Below are positions 61,833 to 64,000 of a DNA stretch of 64,000 nt, in pieces. The notes under the pieces were generated by a model. That model was not told the DNA's origin. It saw only the letters and a list, made by a program, of their open reading frames with translations, and did not search any database. Numbering within the stretch: the first letter of the stretch is position 1; each line of letters starts with the position of its first letter. The DNA comes from Candidatus Micrarchaeota archaeon (GTDB lineage: Archaea > Micrarchaeota > Micrarchaeia > Micrarchaeales > Micrarchaeaceae). The position numbers and the translations under genes were made by a program. The stretch is from contig JAKATX010000001.1 of NCBI GenBank assembly GCA_021818545.1, positions 47,061-111,060 of the forward strand, given 5' to 3'.

Positions 61833-62285
61833 CTAGCGCTTGACGATGAAGTCGCCCAGCGTAGCCTTGTCTCCCCTCTTGCCATGATACGAGTCCTCAG
61901 GCTTGCTAGGTGCAGCCAGCCGTATGTTGAGCGCTCTCTCCAGCTTTTTCGTGAGTTGAATCGGCGGCTTCGTCTTCTCCTCCTCCACCCTGAGTAGTAG
62001 CGTCTCCTTTTCGTTAAGCATCTCGGCCAGCACTTTCAGCGGAAGCTTCATCGCCTCCCTCGCATTGCGGATCGCAGCGCCGTAATTTTCTATGAGCTCC
62101 ATGTCCTCTTCTGCGTTACCTCGTGACTGTTGGGGCGCTGGCCGTGAGCTGATCGGCATGGTACTATCCCTGCCTATCACCTTTGCGCCCTTAGCGCATT
62201 TTTTGCATACACGAAGTTGCGCAGGATCCACCGCTATTATGAAAACGTCGGTCATCTGCTTGCCGCACATCTCGCAGTCCTCCAT
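61833..62285 (-). CDS. mbf1: Archaeal multiprotein-bridging-factor 1 (Zn ribbon plus XRE-type HTH)
   Basis: CEMCGK...CKKCAK zinc ribbon, then HTH IRNAREAMKLPLKVLAEMLNEKETLLLRVE. The start is placed at ATG 62285. Confidence 0.8.
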   Translation of the reverse strand: MEDCEMCGKQMTDVFIIAVDPAQLRVCKKCAKGAKVIGRDSTMPISSRPAPQQSRGNAEEDMELIENYGAAIRNAREAMKLPLKVLAEMLNEKETLLLRVEEEKTKPPIQLTKKLERALNIRLAAPSKPEDSYHGKRGDKATLGDFIVKR

Positions 62286-62419
62286 TCCCTCACCAAACAA
62301 TAGTAAATTCGCGGTATAACAACAAATACCTTTCCATGATTTACGCCATGACCCGCTAAGTGTTATATAGTTTTCCGGCAATGACTTAACGGTGGTGCTC
62401 TACGGCCTCGAAAGGTAGC

Positions 62420-63904
62420 GTGAAGAAGGGCTATGGCGTATACGGAGATGTTGGCGTGGCCACGCTCATCGTCTTGGGCATAGCCATGGTTTACATAAGC
62501 TACATATCGGCCCAGTTGACCGCATTGTACCAGTTCGGCCTTGCAATAATATCTATGGTTGCCATAGGCATAGCGATAACACGCATAAAGTCGCTAAACG
62601 GGGCGTTCGGAGCGTACATGATAGGCGGACGCAGCGGGATAAAGTTCATAGATCGCCTGTCCAGGAGGCATAGGCGATTCTGGAACGCGATGGCGATGTG
62701 GGGCCTGGTGCTGGGCTTCGGGCTCTTGACATACCCACTGCTCAAGGGGCGCCTGGACAAAAGGATATACCTGTTCGGCATATTCAGCATAATAGTTTTC
62801 GTTGCGGTGCTGCTGCCAAACATGCTGCCTGCCCTGCAGTTGATACAGCTGCCACAACTCCAAAACGTCGTAAGTTCTGCTTCCGCAGCGCAAGGTACGC
62901 CGGCAGTTATGGGAGCGGAGATAATAGAGACCGCAGTAAGTGCTGTGCTGGGCTTCTCAGGATACGTCATAATAGCCATACTGTCAAATGCAGTATACAT
63001 AGGATCCGGGATAGCCGCTTTCATGCTGAGCGTGGCGCAGGGCGCGCCCCAGATATCCCACGTTACACAGCAGGTTCCAAGCGTGGCTCCCTTGCTCCCA
63101 GGCATAGACATACCGCTGATACCTGGCATAATCGCCTTGGCTTTCCTATTGGTAGTGCACGAATTCTCCCATGGCGTGCTTTCACGCGTATATGGCATTA
63201 AGATAAAATCGATAGGCATGCTGCTCTTCGGGGTCATACCGATGGGCGCATACGTGGAGCCAGATGAGAAAAAGGTAAACAAATTGGACAGCCTCAAGCA
63301 GAGCAAGATATTCGCAGCCGGGGTTTCTGCGAACTTCATATTTGCCGTCATATTCTTTATCCCTTTCATGCTTTCCCTGATGTACCTGCTCCCGCTCGTT
63401 TCTACGCCCGGAGTCTACATAAACAATACACTGAATGGCTATCCGGCTGCGATAAGCGGGGTCCAGCCGGGCAGCAGGATAATCTCATGGAATGGGCATA
63501 ACGTAACCAACATAACCGCATTTGAGGATTTCGCCATAGCAAGTGAAAGGCCCAACGCTACAGTAGTATTGGGCACTGACAAAGGCAATTACACGCTAAA
63601 GGAAGTGCAGTACGGATCAAACAGCTCCAAATGGATTGTTGGGATAAGCGTAATATACAAGCAGATAGCGCCAAAGAGCGGGTTTCTTGACCAGCTGGGT
63701 TTCAATCTCTATGCAACAATGGCATTCCTATTCATGCTGAACTTCCTTGTCGCAGTTGTGAATTACCTCCCGATACCGGGCTTTGACGGCTGGAGGATAT
63801 ACAAGGCCAACATAAAGAACGGAAGGATAGTTACGGCGTTATCGCTCATAGTCATAGTTGGGCTTCTGCTTGGGGTGGCGCCTTTGGTTGCCAACTATTT
63901 ATAG
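62420..63904 (+). CDS. Site-2 protease (M50 intramembrane metalloprotease) with an internal PDZ-like domain
   Basis: HEFSHG zinc motif in a TM segment, a PDZ-like segment (GVQPGSRIISWNG), and the distal NxxPxxxxDG motif (NYLPIPGFDG). Confidence 0.85.
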   Translation: MKKGYGVYGDVGVATLIVLGIAMVYISYISAQLTALYQFGLAIISMVAIGIAITRIKSLNGAFGAYMIGGRSGIKFIDRLSRRHRRFWNAMAMWGLVLGFGLLTYPLLKGRLDKRIYLFGIFSIIVFVAVLLPNMLPALQLIQLPQLQNVVSSASAAQGTPAVMGAEIIETAVSAVLGFSGYVIIAILSNAVYIGSGIAAFMLSVAQGAPQISHVTQQVPSVAPLLPGIDIPLIPGIIALAFLLVVHEFSHGVLSRVYGIKIKSIGMLLFGVIPMGAYVEPDEKKVNKLDSLKQSKIFAAGVSANFIFAVIFFIPFMLSLMYLLPLVSTPGVYINNTLNGYPAAISGVQPGSRIISWNGHNVTNITAFEDFAIASERPNATVVLGTDKGNYTLKEVQYGSNSSKWIVGISVIYKQIAPKSGFLDQLGFNLYATMAFLFMLNFLVAVVNYLPIPGFDGWRIYKANIKNGRIVTALSLIVIVGLLLGVAPLVANYL

Positions 63905-64000
63905 GCCGCTTTGCGGAGGTTCGCTATCGTTCCGAAGTCCATGGTAGATCCGAATCCTATCGCTATGGCGTGCATCTCGCTTATTTTGGAGGCTCGCAGG
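63895..64000 (-). CDS. 3' end of an unidentified gene that continues beyond the window (...LRASKISEMHAIAIGFGSTMDFGTIANLRKAAYK*)
   Basis: Hand translation of the minus strand, open to the window edge. I cannot assign a family to it. Confidence 0.2.
   Translation of the reverse strand, partial: LRASKISEMHAIAIGFGSTMDFGTIANLRKAAYK

Overview
This is an archaeal chromosomal window, densely coded and mostly housekeeping. The archaeal assignment rests on eL18, uL16/L10e, aEF-1beta, RpoD/Rpo3, MCM, PolD DP1+DP2, FEN1, aMBF1, Dph2, Cgi121, a class-III-signal-peptide pilin, a C1:G72 tRNA-Tyr with an intron, and TATA boxes about 25 nt upstream of start codons. Gene content and style suggest a small-genome acidophile or DPANN-/Thermoplasmata-like lineage, but that is only an inference. 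I support about 50 protein genes, 3 tRNAs (Leu-GAG, Asp-GUC, intron-containing Tyr-GUA), one IS200/IS605-type TnpB element and several repeats. No rRNA or CRISPR array was seen. Five things stand out. (1) A 10-kb, 3,340-aa surface-protein gene is built from more than 20 Ig-like modules, contains perfect and near-perfect tandem DNA duplications, and ends in a globular cytoplasmic tail after a single C-terminal TM helix. (2) A 1,354-bp TnpB-only IS sits exactly 3' of a TTAA inside a Mut7-C/PIN-type nuclease gene; removing it in silico restores an intact 165-aa ORF. Its tnpB is broken by one in-frame TAA. A 48-nt solo copy of the fused IS ends fills the fen1-hsp20 spacer and supplies the hsp20 Shine-Dalgarno and ATG. 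(3) A polytopic-membrane-anchored tandem AAA+ ATPase. (4) A divergent proteasome-beta-like Ntn hydrolase (Met-Thr N-terminus) lies in the PolD/PolX neighbourhood. (5) A MetRS has a degenerate HIGH motif (LLGN), and its tRNA-binding domain is encoded as a separate upstream gene. I see no complete, clearly novel multi-gene system. All functional calls are motif-level readings of the supplied translations, not database searches.
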